From a virus (taxonomy: Duplodnaviria > Heunggongvirae > Uroviricota > Caudoviricetes), in IMG/VR virus record IMGVR_UViG_3300022660_003821: a stretch of DNA of 64,000 bases; one strand, 5' to 3'. Below the pieces are notes generated by a model. It was not told the origin of the DNA. It ran no database searches and saw only the letters and a program-made list of their open reading frames with translations. How positions within the stretch are numbered: the first letter of the stretch is position 1; every line of letters starts with the position of its first letter. Positions 8,542-17,555 of the stretch are shown here, one piece after another. The translations under genes were made by a program, and so were the position numbers.

Positions 8542-8824
8542 AGAAAAGTGGTGCAAGGCTCTTACTGCATCACGTGAGCATTATGATAAGACATTCGCAG
8601 AGTGCATAATGCGCTTAATGGGATTTTATTCCTGGGAAGGTGTGGCTGAAGTAAACGTCTATTCTGACCATGCAGAGCATAGTTTTTACTTTGAGGTAAT
8701 CCGAGAGGATGGCAGCAGATCCATGAACGGCGGCATGATATTTCACGGGTTCCCAGGAGAAGGCTATCAGCAAAATGGCAGTGTTCAATTAAGCCGTTCA
8801 TACGGCTGGAGTATTCACACTTAA
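8474..8824 (+). CDS. hypothetical protein
   Basis: ORF 8417..8824 with the start moved to an internal Met; overlaps the previous ORF. Confidence 0.3.
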   Translation: MLLRFKRSWTKFITRTMLKIHCKEKWCKALTASREHYDKTFAECIMRLMGFYSWEGVAEVNVYSDHAEHSFYFEVIREDGSRSMNGGMIFHGFPGEGYQQNGSVQLSRSYGWSIHT

Positions 8825-8834
8825 TGCCATATTT

Positions 8835-9098
8835 ATGCTTACCAAGGAACAACAAGCAGTCATTCTTGAAGAACACCACAAACAATGTCTTGCATTTTGG
8901 AAGCGCGAGAAACATTCTGATGTTTTTGCGAGTGCTATGGCATTGGTTGACATTGTACGTACTAAGCATAATCCAGTTGTACCCAAAGGTGAGGTATTGG
9001 ATGCAGAAGTACGCAAAGAAGTGGTGGAAAAACATCTTCAGGAGTTTTGCGAGATTATAAGAACTGAGTTAGAAACATCAATAGAAACGGAGGAATAA
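8835..9098 (+). CDS. hypothetical protein (87 aa)
   Basis: ORF. Confidence 0.4.
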   Translation: MLTKEQQAVILEEHHKQCLAFWKREKHSDVFASAMALVDIVRTKHNPVVPKGEVLDAEVRKEVVEKHLQEFCEIIRTELETSIETEE

Positions 9099-9289
9099 TG
9101 GATAGAATACAACATCATATTTGGGACAAATTGTGTGAAATGTCTGGAGAGGACGTAGCGCGTGCTTTCACTGACTATCACGGTAACGATTTATTGAATG
9201 AAGGCTTTTATCATCACTTGGTTGATGAAGGTATGATTGAGGATGATTTAGGTCTTCAAGAGTCTGATGATGAGGAAGAAGATGATTAA
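9098..9289 (+). CDS. small acidic protein (63 aa, DDEEEDD tail)
   Basis: ORF with an ATGA stop/start overlap with the upstream gene. Confidence 0.4.
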   Translation: MDRIQHHIWDKLCEMSGEDVARAFTDYHGNDLLNEGFYHHLVDEGMIEDDLGLQESDDEEEDD

Positions 9290-9327
9290 AGCGTGAGCAA
9301 ATGAAAATTTTTGCCACGCTTTTTTCT
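9289..9327 (+). terminator. rho-independent terminator
   Basis: AAGCGTG..CACGCTT followed by TTTTC. Confidence 0.6.
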
Positions 9328-9395
9328 TGAAAATTTTTCATCAAGTGGACAACATTGGACACCTCGACTTTCTATTCTTCACAAAGCGATAGATT

Positions 9396-9653
9396 ATGAA
9401 TGTACAAATTTCAACTCGTGTTAAGTCATTGTGCTTGGCAGTCAAAGCCTTTGTTGTGAGCATGTCTGAGGATATGAAGCACAGCAATCTCGACATACGT
9501 TTCAATAATGAAACAGACTCTTTCAACGCATTCACCCAGTTAAGAGAAATGGGTGTTAAGTGCTATCACGCCGGCAAGAATGCGCCTAATGGTGCGGCTG
9601 TTATGGTGTATAATTGTGACAGAAATGATTTTCAACTTCAAATACGCGATTAG
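9396..9653 (+). CDS. hypothetical protein
   Basis: ORF. Confidence 0.4.
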   Translation: MNVQISTRVKSLCLAVKAFVVSMSEDMKHSNLDIRFNNETDSFNAFTQLREMGVKCYHAGKNAPNGAAVMVYNCDRNDFQLQIRD

Positions 9654-10070
9654 ATGAAAACACCAATTCCTGTAATGTATTCTGTATATGGCAATCCTCA
9701 AGGACCTTGGTATTTTGGATATTGTATTGATAACACAGTTCAATATTCAACAATTGCTGTTGTAAGTAACACCATTGATAGTTTGCCTACTTATGCGAAG
9801 TTAGTTGTGCCTTTCACTCAGTTTAATCCTTTCAACTTAACTGCGAACATAAAGATCAATTTAGTTAATCAAACAGAAATTGTAAACAATCAAGTGACAA
9901 TTCAGGAGATTAAAAAGGGCGATTATTTTCGTTTCAAGGACGATGAAAATGCGCCTATCTGGGTGCGTTCTGAATATAATCGGAGCACTAAGAAATACGA
10001 GTGTTATAAATACGAAGATGTAAACCATTTTTTAGAGTGTAAAGGAGACCGAAAAGTATGGCTACTATAA
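9654..10070 (+). CDS. hypothetical protein
   Basis: ORF. Confidence 0.45.
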   Translation: MKTPIPVMYSVYGNPQGPWYFGYCIDNTVQYSTIAVVSNTIDSLPTYAKLVVPFTQFNPFNLTANIKINLVNQTEIVNNQVTIQEIKKGDYFRFKDDENAPIWVRSEYNRSTKKYECYKYEDVNHFLECKGDRKVWLL

Positions 10071-10333
10071 CGACACCAGAAATGAAAATACCTGCTGGAC
10101 TAAGCGGTATTATGAGTTACGCTCACGTAAAGGTTGGGCGTTATCCAATTCAAATGAAAAATCCTGAGCATAGTTGCACTGTCATTGTTAATGAAGCAAC
10201 TGACCAGTATCTTGCTGTGGCATTGGAAGTATCTGACAATTTATCTGATGTATGTAATAAGTTTTTATTCCATATTCAGGCTATTGAAGCAAGCGGCATT
10301 CTGCAAAGGAAATTAGTGTATTACAAAGATTAA
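10058..10333 (+). CDS. hypothetical protein
   Basis: ORF. Confidence 0.4.
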   Translation: MATITTPEMKIPAGLSGIMSYAHVKVGRYPIQMKNPEHSCTVIVNEATDQYLAVALEVSDNLSDVCNKFLFHIQAIEASGILQRKLVYYKD

Positions 10334-10343
10334 AAGTGATGTT

Positions 10344-11342
10344 ATGAACAAAAAAGTGAAAAAATATATGCCCGAATACGTGTGCTTGTATTACGTGGAT
10401 TATAACAGCAATTTGAACAACGAAACAAAAACTTTGCAGTCGTGTTTGACGCAAAATTCGCTGTACCCGTTAACTGAAAGCGTATTCGATTGGTGGGATT
10501 TCCCAGAAGAACATTATCTGGACGAAATCAAAGAGAAAATGCGTAAAGATGGCGTTGAGCATTTATTTGACGAGCATCTTGATGATATTCGTGATTGGCT
10601 ATACGACAATGACAAGTCCACACCTGTAGAAGATTTGTTGAGAAATACAGGTAGAATTGCATGTTTCTACGATTTAGGTGTAGAGCTGGATTGTGGGTGG
10701 CATGAAGCATTTATGTGTACGCCTTGGAGAAACGAATCCATTGCCTCTTGTGCATATAAAGTTCGCCGTAAGCTCGGCATTAAGAAAGGTACTCCAGAAG
10801 CAGAACAAATCTATAACATTTTGTGCAATGCAAGTTATGGTGGCTCTTTACGCATTTATTTCAATGGGGATATTGAATCACTCATTTCTGGAGATGAATA
10901 CCAAAGCGCGGACAATAAAAAAGATTTCCAGCAGATTCGCTTTAATGGTCGAGTTGCATTGGCAGTATATGACCCCACTAATGGTGCAGGTGATTTTGAA
11001 TACATGAATATTGATTGTGTATTCCCGTTTTTACGTGACAATCTATCTGTTTCCGATACTGATAAATACAGTTTGGAGCAATGTTTCGGTATGTGCGGAG
11101 ACTGGTTGGACAAATGTGTAAAGCCTGAGTTGTCAGTCGAGCCTCTGAAGAAAAAGCGTACAATGGAGAAATCTCCGGCAGCGGAATTGAGAAAGCGTGA
11201 AGCTGAACTTGATGCAGTTTTCAAAGCTGGAGGATGTACTGCCGGCGATATGGATATGCGCCGTCATAGAGATGTGTACTATGACAACAATATTCCATGC
11301 GGCCATCATTGTCCTCATTGTGGAACATTCTGGATTGATTGA
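10344..11342 (+). CDS. hypothetical protein (332 aa) with a Cys/His-rich C-terminus
   Basis: ORF two genes upstream of the reverse transcriptase, in the same operon. Confidence 0.5.
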   Translation: MNKKVKKYMPEYVCLYYVDYNSNLNNETKTLQSCLTQNSLYPLTESVFDWWDFPEEHYLDEIKEKMRKDGVEHLFDEHLDDIRDWLYDNDKSTPVEDLLRNTGRIACFYDLGVELDCGWHEAFMCTPWRNESIASCAYKVRRKLGIKKGTPEAEQIYNILCNASYGGSLRIYFNGDIESLISGDEYQSADNKKDFQQIRFNGRVALAVYDPTNGAGDFEYMNIDCVFPFLRDNLSVSDTDKYSLEQCFGMCGDWLDKCVKPELSVEPLKKKRTMEKSPAAELRKREAELDAVFKAGGCTAGDMDMRRHRDVYYDNNIPCGHHCPHCGTFWID

Positions 11343-11349
11343 TACGATT

Positions 11350-11835
11350 ATGACACAAAAAGATAACGGATACAAGTGGAATGCCGGAACTCAACCTTTA
11401 GAGAAATTGGTTGAGCCGAAGTTTAAGATTGAAAAAGGCAAATGGTATGTATGCATAAAAGACCTACTCGATAATTATGCAAACAAAGCATTTTGTAAAG
11501 GTGATACCTACTTATCTACACAAGACGGAAGTTTAATTCCATCAAATAGCAATGTTCCCTTTGAAGTAGTTTGTGATAGTACATATTTCAGAGATTGGAC
11601 TATCAATGATGCAAAGGATGGTGATGTGCTTGCCGCTCATGAATGTCTTGTGTTGTTTAAGAAACTTGATGGACTTAACATTAAATGTTATTGTACTTAT
11701 CATTTTATGGGTCATCAAAGTTTTTATGTAGATACATTGCAAAATAAGGATGCTTTTCATCCAGCTACCAAAGAACAACGTGACCTCTTGTTTCAAAAGA
11801 TGAAAGAAGCGGGTTATTATAAAACTTGGGAATAA
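11350..11835 (+). CDS. hypothetical protein (about 161 aa)
   Basis: Start taken from the ATG just after the upstream stop. Its 3' end overlaps the RT start by 10 nt, indicating translational coupling. Confidence 0.45.
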   Translation: MTQKDNGYKWNAGTQPLEKLVEPKFKIEKGKWYVCIKDLLDNYANKAFCKGDTYLSTQDGSLIPSNSNVPFEVVCDSTYFRDWTINDAKDGDVLAAHECLVLFKKLDGLNIKCYCTYHFMGHQSFYVDTLQNKDAFHPATKEQRDLLFQKMKEAGYYKTWE

Positions 11836-13100
11836 CTATGGCAGATATAATTTTACAAAAATTCTTCGAGATTGAACGCTGGGAGAAAGCGATTGAAAAG
11901 GGTGTTGTAAAAGACATTCGCAAGGATCAACTTATTAAGTTAACAAGCGAAGAAACTCGCATCCAGATGTATCGCGCTATGTATAACGGAACGTATGAAA
12001 TATCGCCTCCTCATACGGCAAAGATACCGAAGGATAACGGCGATTTTCGTACAGTTTATGTGAACGAACCTATTGACCGTATCGTTCTCAGCATAGCAAA
12101 TGACTTGCTGTTTGAACTTATGCCTGAAATGGTGCATAAGACATGTAAATCATATCAGACAGGTATTGGTTGTGGCAAGGTGGTACTGGAGGTTAGCAAC
12201 ACGATTGTAAGCGCGAACACAACAGACATTTTGGGGTGGAAAGCGGACCTTAGCAAGTATTTTGACAGCGTACCTATCAGATATATAGACGAGGCTTTTG
12301 ACAGAGTAGAAAAGAAATATGGTTACTCAGCATTAATACATGTCCTACGCAAGTATTATCATTGTGACTTGTATTTTGATGAAGATAATCAATTACATTC
12401 TGCTTATCAATCCTTAAAACAAGGTTGCGCGGTTGCCAGTTGGCTTGCAGATGTGTTATTATACAATCTGGATGAAGAGTTGTCCAAACTTCCAGGATAT
12501 TATGTTCGATATTCTGATGATATGCTGTATATCGGTTCTGACTATCAATGGGCAATGGAGTTGTTGCAACGCAGATTGTCCGAGATGGAAATGTCTTTGA
12601 ACCCCAAGAAAGTAGAATATCTGTCGGTCAATCAGTGGTTCAAGTTCTTAGGGTTTAGTATTAAAGGCAAAGACATTTCATTGTCTTCCAGTCGAATTAA
12701 AACATTTCAAAAAGAGGTTGAAGCACGTACAATAAAGAAACCGAAAGTGTCGCTTGACAAGGCAGTCCATTCAGTTAATCGTTATCTATACAAGGGTAAC
12801 GGTGAATTTAGTTGGGCTACTCAAATATTGCCGGTTTGTAATGTACAAAAGGACATTGATGAATTGAATAAATTCGTCATGGATTGTCTGAGGGCGGTGT
12901 CAACTGGAAAACGAAAAGTCGGTGGTCTTGGTTATGTAAAAAACAAAACAGATGGCTGCATCGTGCGAGGGCGAGGAAAGAATGTTACAGCAAACCGTAA
13001 CAAAACAGGTAAAATTGAGGGGTATTTAACTATCGGTTGTATGAGAAATGCCCTAATTACGAGCAGATCGGTATATAACACACTGGTCTTGTCTCTATAA
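11826..13100 (+). CDS. reverse transcriptase (424 aa), unclassified prokaryotic RT
   Basis: RT motifs 1-7 are readable: IPKDNGDFRTVYV, IDRIVLSIANDLL, ADLSKYFDSV, QGCAVASWLADVLLYNL, YVRYSDDMLYIG, LNPKK..FLGF. There is a basic 130-aa C-terminal extension. Confidence 0.85.
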   Translation: MGITMADIILQKFFEIERWEKAIEKGVVKDIRKDQLIKLTSEETRIQMYRAMYNGTYEISPPHTAKIPKDNGDFRTVYVNEPIDRIVLSIANDLLFELMPEMVHKTCKSYQTGIGCGKVVLEVSNTIVSANTTDILGWKADLSKYFDSVPIRYIDEAFDRVEKKYGYSALIHVLRKYYHCDLYFDEDNQLHSAYQSLKQGCAVASWLADVLLYNLDEELSKLPGYYVRYSDDMLYIGSDYQWAMELLQRRLSEMEMSLNPKKVEYLSVNQWFKFLGFSIKGKDISLSSSRIKTFQKEVEARTIKKPKVSLDKAVHSVNRYLYKGNGEFSWATQILPVCNVQKDIDELNKFVMDCLRAVSTGKRKVGGLGYVKNKTDGCIVRGRGKNVTANRNKTGKIEGYLTIGCMRNALITSRSVYNTLVLSL

Positions 13101-13139
13101 AGTGTAAATTGAGTATGCAATTGTGAATGAAGATACGAG

Positions 13140-14200
13140 CATTTATTCGACAGGTCTATTAACCAGAGTCCAGGAACCATTCATCCGGTATATCAACCGG
13201 ATTCAAGGTGCCAGGATTCTGGCATTAACCTGTCCATATCGAAAGAGTAAAGTTTCATACCATTCGTATGACATTCACACAAAGCACATTGTGTAGGTTC
13301 AAGGAATAAGGATTAAATATCCCGCGTTTAAGCAGCTCTACTGCGAGTCTGAAGGCCCTCTAACGATACGCCTTCGGACTCGATTATAGCTGATATACGC
13401 TGGAAATATCAACACAATAAAGGAATGTGCCAGTTATTATGAGAACCGAACAAACACTTAGCATAAAAGCGTGATTCAAGAGAATGAACTTCAATTTGCC
13501 GTCTGAATATGACGTTTCATGGCACGAGATTTCCACATCCTATCAGATGTTCCATCTCGTGATGGCGCACGTCATCTCTTACGACTAATATCTAATTCGT
13601 ATAGTGATATGCCAGCATTCCTGAGAATTACAAAAAGTTAGCATAAACGTATGGTTCAAGATGTGGAAAGTTTAATATTCAGAATGTAAGTCGATTCACA
13701 GCATCTGAATCCAGTTTATCTACTGGAATAAGATGCTGTTAATCAACATATTCTGAATTATATCAAAGCGATACAGTAATATGCCAACCGCATAGAGAAC
13801 CGTAAAAATAATCAGTATAGAATGGCAGTTCAAGTAATACATCTTCAATAACCCCGTGTCTAAGGACGGATTACCATCTCTCCATCACCCATATCTGGGT
13901 GATTCCTTGATGGTGAGCCGTCCAAGCACGGGCAATATCAAGACACTACAGAGATATACCGGTATTTTGAGATCTGCCGAAAAGCACGTATTGCAATACA
14001 AGGAGAAACCCTGATTTAATAGGCCGCGTTGCTAAATAAGCCCGCTGCCGGCGTGCAGTCTCCGTTATTACCGAGATGCACGCCGGCTACATGCTTCTTA
14101 ACGCGGCATATATCATACGATTATAGGAACGTGCCATTTCTATGAGTATTGCAGAACTTAACACAAAGTGAGAAGTCAAGATTAGAGGCTTCATTGTGCA
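13140..14200. repeat. at least 6 degenerate tandem repeat units of about 170-190 bp, sharing the consensus ATATGCCA..TGAGAA..AAAAA..AGCATAAA..GTATGGTTCAAG
   Basis: Hand alignment of the units keyed near 13235, 13423, 13607, 13777, 13960 and 14133 gives roughly 60-70% identity. There are no ORFs of 60 aa or more in any frame. Confidence 0.6.
14047..14087. other. GC-rich perfect hairpin with an 11-bp stem, GCCGGCGTGCA/TGCACGCCGGC
   Basis: Perfect inverted repeat around a 19-nt loop. Confidence 0.6.
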
Positions 14201-14365
14201 GCTTCAGATTACAAGGGCACCACGCATTCACCAGCCGATCGAGCTGGTTCTACAGGTGCCCACTGTAACAAAGCTGCATACATCGAATAACTATAGTCAT
14301 GTGTCATTCTAATTGAGACTTCATGGTAACGCAACCGATTCTTACACAAGCAATCAACATTTAAG

Positions 14366-14430
14366 ATACAGTATTATACCTGGATCCTGAAGTAATTAAC
14401 ATGGACTTCAGGATCCAGGACATACTGTAT
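14366..14430. other. 65-nt near-perfect hairpin with a 24-bp stem
   Basis: ATACAGTAT-TATA-CCTGGATCCTGAAGT on the 5' side, loop AATTAACATGG, ACTTCAGGATCCAGG-AC-ATACTGTAT on the 3' side. Confidence 0.75.
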
Positions 14431-14494
14431 ATATCAAGTATGTAAAGCAATGCGTCAATGATTTGAGTGTGAATTATTTAATAACATTTTAAGT

Positions 14495-14953
14495 ATGAGT
14501 AACATCTATCAAAATGCGATTTCTGCCGTTGAGAACGGTGCGAAATTCAAGGTCAATTTTCAAGAGCGAAGTCTGAAGATTGACGGTAAGTACATCATCG
14601 AAAACGGTGTGTATGAAGGTGAACTGGGAGTAGCGAAAGCGGATGAGCGAGAATGTTTGTCGGAGGTGGAAATGTTGTACCAACGATACAAGCATTCTGT
14701 CCCGTCAGAGCGTAGTGAAAGTAAAGCGCGACAATACTTCAGAACCTTGTCAGAGCTTGATTTGAGCGATGACGATATGATGTTTGGTGAACGAAGAGAC
14801 AAAGCGCAAATCGAACTGGAATTGTATTTCTTATGCCAAATCATTCTTGGCTTCCAGTGGAATGCTGAAACAATGGGTAATTGGTTTTGGCAAAGTGGTA
14901 ATGACAAAGACTTGGTGATACTCAAAGATTGGGTGGAGCCTACAAATAAATAA
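14495..14953 (+). CDS. hypothetical protein
   Basis: ORF. Confidence 0.5.
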   Translation: MSNIYQNAISAVENGAKFKVNFQERSLKIDGKYIIENGVYEGELGVAKADERECLSEVEMLYQRYKHSVPSERSESKARQYFRTLSELDLSDDDMMFGERRDKAQIELELYFLCQIILGFQWNAETMGNWFWQSGNDKDLVILKDWVEPTNK

Positions 14954-14985
14954 CTGTTTTTCAATAACTTTTAATTCTATCAATT

Positions 14986-16068
14986 ATGGCTAAAAAGAAG
15001 TCAAACGAGACAAAGGTGTTGTGCCCTAACTGCGGCACAGAGTTGGCAATCCCCGCACAGTCATCTATTGCTGTCGGTGTAATCATTGGTAAGGACGCTG
15101 GTCTGGGTACTGTATATGCTCCTGCTGCTGATAAGCAAAAGCGTAGCGCACAGGAACGTATCGAGGCATTGCGAGCTGCTGGGGTTGACGTAAGTAATCT
15201 ATTCGCTATGCAGGGTGCAAATGGCGGTGAGTGTATCGCTTGCAACAAGGATGGCAAACTCTCTATCTTGGACGATGACGATCCAATCTTCCAGTACATT
15301 TTGACGAATGGTACTATACCTAACCGAAAGTTGTTCAGACGCTGGGTGATGGCGCAGATGTTTTACATGATGGCCGCTGAAGACTATAAGACACATCAGC
15401 GTTATGGCGTAACTGCTATGATTCATCGTCTTGGTTACGAGTACACCTGGAAGATGTTATTGAACGAGTTGCACGCTCAGGTCAAGATGGCAAAGCACAA
15501 TGACCGTGAGAACTTTGAGGACCGCCATCGTTGGTTCAATCAGGCGGTAGTAATGCAGATGGCAAAGCATTATATCAGTGAGTTGCAGAAGTTTGTAGAC
15601 CGTAAACCTGAGAAGAGATGTAAAGGTGTGCCATACAAGACAATTGGCGGCAAGCATATCTTCGTGTCTGATTTGCGTAGTAAACTCTATAACAAGTTCT
15701 GGATGGGTCTTGGACAAATCCGTAATGCGAAGACAATTGAGCAGTTGTATGTGGCTACAAAGAATTTCAACGACAAGCGTTTGAAGTTGGATTGGGACAC
15801 TCCTCAGTGCTGTGAGTGGATTGACGCTTACAAGGGTTCTGGTGCCTACTTTACACTCCAGAACATGATTCGTTTCCACAATTGCCACATCATTGATGAT
15901 GCCGGAAAGAAGTTGGATAAGGAATTGTCTTTACAGTTCATCAAGGCCAAAGTAACTATGTATTGCAACGGTGATGGATGGAGAATGTTGGCGGTTCTGA
16001 AGAAATGTCTGGAAGATAACAATATTGACATCCGTGCCAAAATTAAGTCATGGAGAAAGCGTAAGTAA
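14986..16068 (+). CDS. hypothetical protein with an N-terminal zinc ribbon (CPNCGTE)
   Basis: 360-aa ORF. Confidence 0.5.
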   Translation: MAKKKSNETKVLCPNCGTELAIPAQSSIAVGVIIGKDAGLGTVYAPAADKQKRSAQERIEALRAAGVDVSNLFAMQGANGGECIACNKDGKLSILDDDDPIFQYILTNGTIPNRKLFRRWVMAQMFYMMAAEDYKTHQRYGVTAMIHRLGYEYTWKMLLNELHAQVKMAKHNDRENFEDRHRWFNQAVVMQMAKHYISELQKFVDRKPEKRCKGVPYKTIGGKHIFVSDLRSKLYNKFWMGLGQIRNAKTIEQLYVATKNFNDKRLKLDWDTPQCCEWIDAYKGSGAYFTLQNMIRFHNCHIIDDAGKKLDKELSLQFIKAKVTMYCNGDGWRMLAVLKKCLEDNNIDIRAKIKSWRKRK

Positions 16069-16241
16069 CCTCAAATACTTGGGAGGTATTTGTGTGATGG
16101 GTTGATAATATTTATATACCCTCCAGGTAGAAGGGACCGATGCCAGGCTACCACCTGGCCTGGTCCCTTCACGTAAGGAGGCTATAAATCATCACAGTAA
16201 AGTTATCCCCCTAATCAATAATCACACTAAATATTATCACT

Positions 16242-16832
16242 ATGAGCAAGAAGAAGTATGACCCGAAATATATAGAAGATGCTAACAAGCGTCTTTGGAA
16301 TATCTTGAATGACAAGAAAGAATTTGACGATTGGACTCAGATTTCATTGTCAGTACAAAACGCGGTACAAGCCGCCGCTAATGTCTGGGGTACGTCCAGC
16401 GATGAACAAATACACAATTTAGCGAAGTTTATTCGAGAGATTGTGGAGTCTGAACTTCATAACTTGCTTCGTTTCGATATTACGTTTGCCGACAAAAAGA
16501 CGAAGACTACAAGACAGTCTGTAGAATGGTGGCACAAGCATAATTACGGCAATCTTCAAGCATTGCTCAAACAGTTGATTAAAGAGTATGGTGGTCGTAT
16601 CGAATTAACTGATTGCCACTCTATTATTCGCGGTAGTGATGAAGCTGGGAACGATTGTGAGTGTCCTGTTATCATTAAAGCATTGTCGCTGAAAGAAAAG
16701 GATTTGATCGAAATCACATACATGGACAAAGATCAAGAGTTTGTGGATGCTTCAGACCTCTTCACATACGATGAATTATATGACATTTTATGTAACGCTT
16801 GTCAATCTTTGAACTTATGGCTGAACAAATAA
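16242..16832 (+). CDS. hypothetical protein
   Basis: ORF. Confidence 0.5.
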   Translation: MSKKKYDPKYIEDANKRLWNILNDKKEFDDWTQISLSVQNAVQAAANVWGTSSDEQIHNLAKFIREIVESELHNLLRFDITFADKKTKTTRQSVEWWHKHNYGNLQALLKQLIKEYGGRIELTDCHSIIRGSDEAGNDCECPVIIKALSLKEKDLIEITYMDKDQEFVDASDLFTYDELYDILCNACQSLNLWLNK

Positions 16833-17128
16833 CACATTATCAGAAATGTGCATGTGGAGCAATTACCGTATGGTTTGAAAATAACGCTTCCAGTAGCATG
16901 TTTATGGAGACTTTTGAGAATCTTCAATTAGACATTTCTGATGCAGAGCAATTGCCAGATTCATGTTGTTGCGACCATTGTGTAAACCATTGGGGAATTG
17001 ATTTATGTGAATGTGGCTCAGGCTCACCGGTAGGAAAATGTGAATGTGGCTCCAAACAATCGCATGATACATTAGGTGTGCAGTTTGATTCATTTGGAGC
17101 ATTAGTACGAACTTTTCAACAATGCTAA
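16799..17128 (+). CDS. small Cys-rich protein (CxxC/CC clusters; likely metal-binding)
   Basis: Contains CACGA..CCCDHC..CECGSGSPVGKCECGS. Confidence 0.4.
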   Translation: MSIFELMAEQITHYQKCACGAITVWFENNASSSMFMETFENLQLDISDAEQLPDSCCCDHCVNHWGIDLCECGSGSPVGKCECGSKQSHDTLGVQFDSFGALVRTFQQC

Positions 17129-17129
17129 T

Positions 17130-17549
17130 ATGGAAAAATCGCTAAATGACATACAAAAAGAACTGGAGGCTTTAGAACAGCAAAAGCGGGCACTTGAAAT
17201 AGAAATTGAGCATGTAATCAATACTGCAATGCAACGTGTTGCAGCCTCCCAGAACCTTAATCGTATCAGTGAACATATATTTACTATACGATTTTCAGAC
17301 ATGATTGGACAGCCTTGGGAACCTCGTTATTATGACTGGAAACAATCTGTCACAATTATCAAAAAGTTCCTCCAATCAAAACCTGCCGTACAGTGGAAAA
17401 GTGCGTTACAGAAAAAGTTACATGAGACAAAACCTGGAAATCCTGTTATTTTCACATTCACACATGGCGGGTCATGGTACAATAAGGTAACAGAGAGGAT
17501 CCCTATCTCATATCAATTCATACAAGAAATAGTTAATCAGTTAATTTAA
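17130..17549 (+). CDS. hypothetical protein with an N-terminal coiled coil
   Basis: ORF. Confidence 0.45.
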   Translation: MEKSLNDIQKELEALEQQKRALEIEIEHVINTAMQRVAASQNLNRISEHIFTIRFSDMIGQPWEPRYYDWKQSVTIIKKFLQSKPAVQWKSALQKKLHETKPGNPVIFTFTHGGSWYNKVTERIPISYQFIQEIVNQLI

Positions 17550-17555
17550 TCATAT

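Noticed and set aside
11200-13300. Group II intron carrying the RT as its intron-encoded protein
   Set aside because: Protein-like ORFs abut the RT on the 5' side with a 10-nt overlap, leaving no room for intron domains I-III. No GTGYG 5' end or domain V consensus was found downstream. The nearest candidate, GAGCCGTCCAAGCACGGGC, is too short and unbulged.
14366-14430. Intrinsic terminator
   Set aside because: The stem is far longer than those of terminators (24 bp) and no U-run follows. It is called a hairpin or site and not a terminator.
11826-14494. Canonical diversity-generating retroelement (target-VR / avd / TR / RT)
   Set aside because: No Avd-like small helical basic protein is present. 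There is no intergenic space upstream of the RT for a template repeat. The downstream non-coding region is built from degenerate tandem units, not a single template repeat. RT motif 4 is not the DGR SQ..AN form. A distant VR or TR outside the window cannot be excluded without a search, so this stays as an alternative inside the RT finding.
13101-14494. Hidden protein-coding gene in the 1.4-kb gap
   Set aside because: No frame has an ORF of 60 aa or more, stops are dense in all six frames, and the sequence is organised as degenerate DNA repeats and perfect palindromes.
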